A DNA stretch of 64,000 nt from Mesotaenium endlicherianum (Eukaryota), in the NCBI GenBank assembly GCA_009602735.1, contig WELA01001462.1:621880-685879 (forward strand), read 5' to 3'. The notes under the pieces were generated by a model. That model was not told the DNA's origin. It saw only the letters and a list, made by a program, of their open reading frames with translations, and did no database searches. The translations under genes were made by a program, and so were the position numbers. How positions within the stretch are numbered: position 1 is the first letter of the stretch; the number at the start of each line of letters is the position of its first letter. Positions 61,630 to 64,000 of the stretch are shown one piece after another.

Positions 61630-63720
61630 TCATACACCCAGGCGTAAGGCTAGCACCATGCACAGAGGGATGCCCTTGCCCCCAAACGCAGCCTTGTCTG
61701 TGCCAGGCAACGAAATTGAGGAGCTATAGCCTAGCGGAATGCTCGCGTGCACACAATCTATCCACTCCGCATCGCTATCTAGCAACCGCGGCCACCAGCT
61801 GGCTGACTGCCACTGGAGTATCACTAGCGTGCAATTGGCCTTGCATCGCAGCACGTGGTCGACTACTGGAGCGACCATCTGAGGTGGTGGAAAACAATAG
61901 TTGTTTTCACCTGCCCAGTGCTCGGTGAGGGCATTTATGGCCTCAGCGCCCACCACTAGCCACCTAGAGTTGAACCTCGACAAGCGCGTGTTGCTTGCTG
62001 TGGCAAATCTATCGATCGAATGCGGCCCCCACTCTGCTTCTAGTCTTTGAAAAGCCTCCGGTTGCAGGAAAAAGTCGTCCAAGTCTTTCCGCTTAGAGAG
62101 CTCGTCTGCCACTGCATTCAATTCCCTAGGAATCCACTCTACGAACAAGTTGAGTTGGTGTCTAAGGCTAATACCAAATACTTGAGCACAAGCATTTGCT
62201 AAATCTGCCCTAGACGAGCCGCCTTTTCTCAACACATAATACATTGCTTGGCTGTCGACGCGCAAGAGCACTTGTCGCCCGCCTATCATTTGGATGGCTT
62301 TATCCAACGCTGCCTTCGCGGCAAGTATCTCTCTTGATGTTGACGATCCCCCGATGCTAGCAGTGGGGAGTTGGCCCAGCAATTCCCACGTCTGCCCTGA
62401 GGCCACCGATCTCAGTACTGCGCCCCATGTGGTCACGCTAGCGTCGGTGTGCATGACAAAATCAGGGGCCATGGTGGCCCGAATGGGAGCACCATTCAAC
62501 TTATCAAAGTGCTCCTCCCAAAACGCAAGCTCGTGGAGCAGCCCTTCCGTCGTGGGGACCATGTCATCCCGAGTAAACCCCTGGTTGATAACAGTGTACA
62601 TATGGCGTGTGTACATGCCCGCGGTGCCCCCAAAAGCCACCTTCATGGAAATTAGCTGGCCTGCTAAAGATGCTATCGTTCTAATGTGCACGCTACGGGT
62701 CCTGTGGGCCATAGCTCGAACGTGGAGGAGTGTTAGCAGAAGCTTTTCCTTGCGCGTCTTGCCAATGTGCACCCAAAGTTTCCGAGTGTCTATCACAACG
62801 CCCAAGAACTGTGTGATTTTTGAACACGTAAGTATTGCCTTCTGCATATTCACCACGAATCCTGCTAGTGCAAGTTCGCCGAACACCAGCCGCATTGTTC
62901 GCGCGTGGGCGTCCTCACTGGGACAGCTCACCAGAAAATTGTCTAGATATGCTATGACTCGTATCCCCATCTGCCTCCACCTTCCCACCAGCTCTTTCAC
63001 CACTCGTGTGAATACGTAAGGTGCGATCGCAAGTCCGAATGGGAGACATGTGAAAGTGTAAATTTTCTTATCCAGCTCGAACCCCAAGAACGTATGTGCA
63101 TCTTCGTGCATCTTGACGTGATGATAGCCAGACCTGAGGTCAATGGTAAACACGAAGTCGTCTACGTGCACGACATTGACTAACTTATCCAACCCCTCGT
63201 ACTTAAATTTTACTTTTTTCAACGCTTTGTTCACGTGGCGCAGGTCATGAATTAATCGTAACTTCTTGCCCTCGACCACGTTCAAGGGGCATATGCAGTG
63301 TGGGAGACCTGGGAGAGTCCACTCTCTGGCAGCTCCGGAGGCTACTAGCTCCCCCACTGATTCACGGGCAAATTGTATGTGTTTCTCCACACCTTTATGG
63401 TTGCGCTGGTGATGCGGAGGTGCAGTATGCGTGTCCCACACCAACTTGTAGCCACTCTCAATGGTAAAGAGGACTAACGAAGACGTACACCAACGTTTCC
63501 ACCAGGCAACATTTGCTCCCAAATTTCTTGCTACCACGGTTGCTTTCGGTGGTACCTTCGATGCGGCGCCGTCCGACTGCACGGCTTCTTCCTTCCGCCC
63601 CAAGTACACTTGGAGTTCGTGTTCGAAATCCTTCTCATCGCTCACGAAATTACCTATGACCCCACACACGATATAGCATACCCGCGGTTGGTCTTGGCCA
63701 CGATGCCTCGAACGTGTCAA
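61630..63720 (-). CDS. DIRS-type pol: RT, RNase H and N6-adenine methyltransferase-like domain
   Basis: [34 protein letters not shown]. RNaseH: TDAS, VDSQ, N..ADELS. MTase-like: SIDRFAT..NT...FNS, NAL...W, YCFPP. Confidence 0.9.
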   Translation of the reverse strand: MTRSRHRGQDQPRVCYIVCGVIGNFVSDEKDFEHELQVYLGRKEEAVQSDGAASKVPPKATVVARNLGANVAWWKRWCTSSLVLFTIESGYKLVWDTHTAPPHHQRNHKGVEKHIQFARESVGELVASGAAREWTLPGLPHCICPLNVVEGKKLRLIHDLRHVNKALKKVKFKYEGLDKLVNVVHVDDFVFTIDLRSGYHHVKMHEDAHTFLGFELDKKIYTFTCLPFGLAIAPYVFTRVVKELVGRWRQMGIRVIAYLDNFLVSCPSEDAHARTMRLVFGELALAGFVVNMQKAILTCSKITQFLGVVIDTRKLWVHIGKTRKEKLLLTLLHVRAMAHRTRSVHIRTIASLAGQLISMKVAFGGTAGMYTRHMYTVINQGFTRDDMVPTTEGLLHELAFWEEHFDKLNGAPIRATMAPDFVMHTDASVTTWGAVLRSVASGQTWELLGQLPTASIGGSSTSREILAAKAALDKAIQMIGGRQVLLRVDSQAMYYVLRKGGSSRADLANACAQVFGISLRHQLNLFVEWIPRELNAVADELSKRKDLDDFFLQPEAFQRLEAEWGPHSIDRFATASNTRLSRFNSRWLVVGAEAINALTEHWAGENNYCFPPPQMVAPVVDHVLRCKANCTLVILQWQSASWWPRLLDSDAEWIDCVHASIPLGYSSSISLPGTDKAAFGGKGIPLCMVLALRLGV

Positions 63721-64000
63721 CGATTGACTGGCATCCTACATTACCCTGCTCCGCAATTGCAGCATCGGGGTACGCTATGCATGCACCGGCAACCGATTTG
63801 TGTGGCACATGTGTGCACCCTTTTGACATCGCATTGCAGCCCCTCTATACGCGGCGATCCAAATTCCATAGGAGTGATCCCAACCATGCTCCCACTGCCA
63901 ATGCCTATATGGTTGGCAAGAGCCTTCATGCATACTTGCGCCAGTGCGCGTGAATTCAATTTGTGCTTTGAAAACCTTTCGGCGACCCTCCTCTAGCCTA

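Larger units (their letters stand above)
59700..64000 (-). mobile_element. Tyrosine-recombinase (DIRS order) retrotransposon, PAT/TOC-like; 5' part outside the window
   Basis: RT-RNaseH-MTase ORF followed by a YR ORF, then split direct repeats rather than inverted repeats. Confidence 0.88.

Noticed and set aside
62294..63019. 241-aa plus-strand ORF antisense to DIRS pol
   Set aside because: Antisense shadow of pol with no independent motif.

Overview
Eukaryotic DNA, most likely from a streptophyte green alga or basal plant. This is inferred from plant-type LON2 and GT92/GALS genes with GT-AG introns and tRNA-iMet-primed chromoviruses; the species cannot be fixed from sequence. The window has three zones. 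(1) 1-38,863 is a nested stack of Ty3/gypsy chromoviruses. Family A is a tandem LTR-int-LTR-int-LTR dimer inside one 5-bp TSD; its first unit is intact, has a -1 frameshift signal and carries an unknown ~555-aa extra ORF. There are also three family B copies, one decayed family C copy with a tRNA-like segment in its LTRs, a non-coding family D element and a related solo LTR. (2) ~40.0-59.5 kb holds host genes: a peroxisomal Lon protease (C-terminal SRL), a UMP-CMP kinase fused in frame to a CaMKII-type hub domain, and a GT92/GALS-like glycosyltransferase. Many of their introns end in G/purine-rich acceptors complementary to C-rich intron 5' ends instead of a polypyrimidine tract. (3) 59.7-64 kb is a PAT/TOC-like tyrosine-recombinase retrotransposon (RT-RNaseH-MTase + YR) with split direct repeats. 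Assembly gaps lie at 29396-30238 and 57648-58018. All alignments and counts were done by eye.
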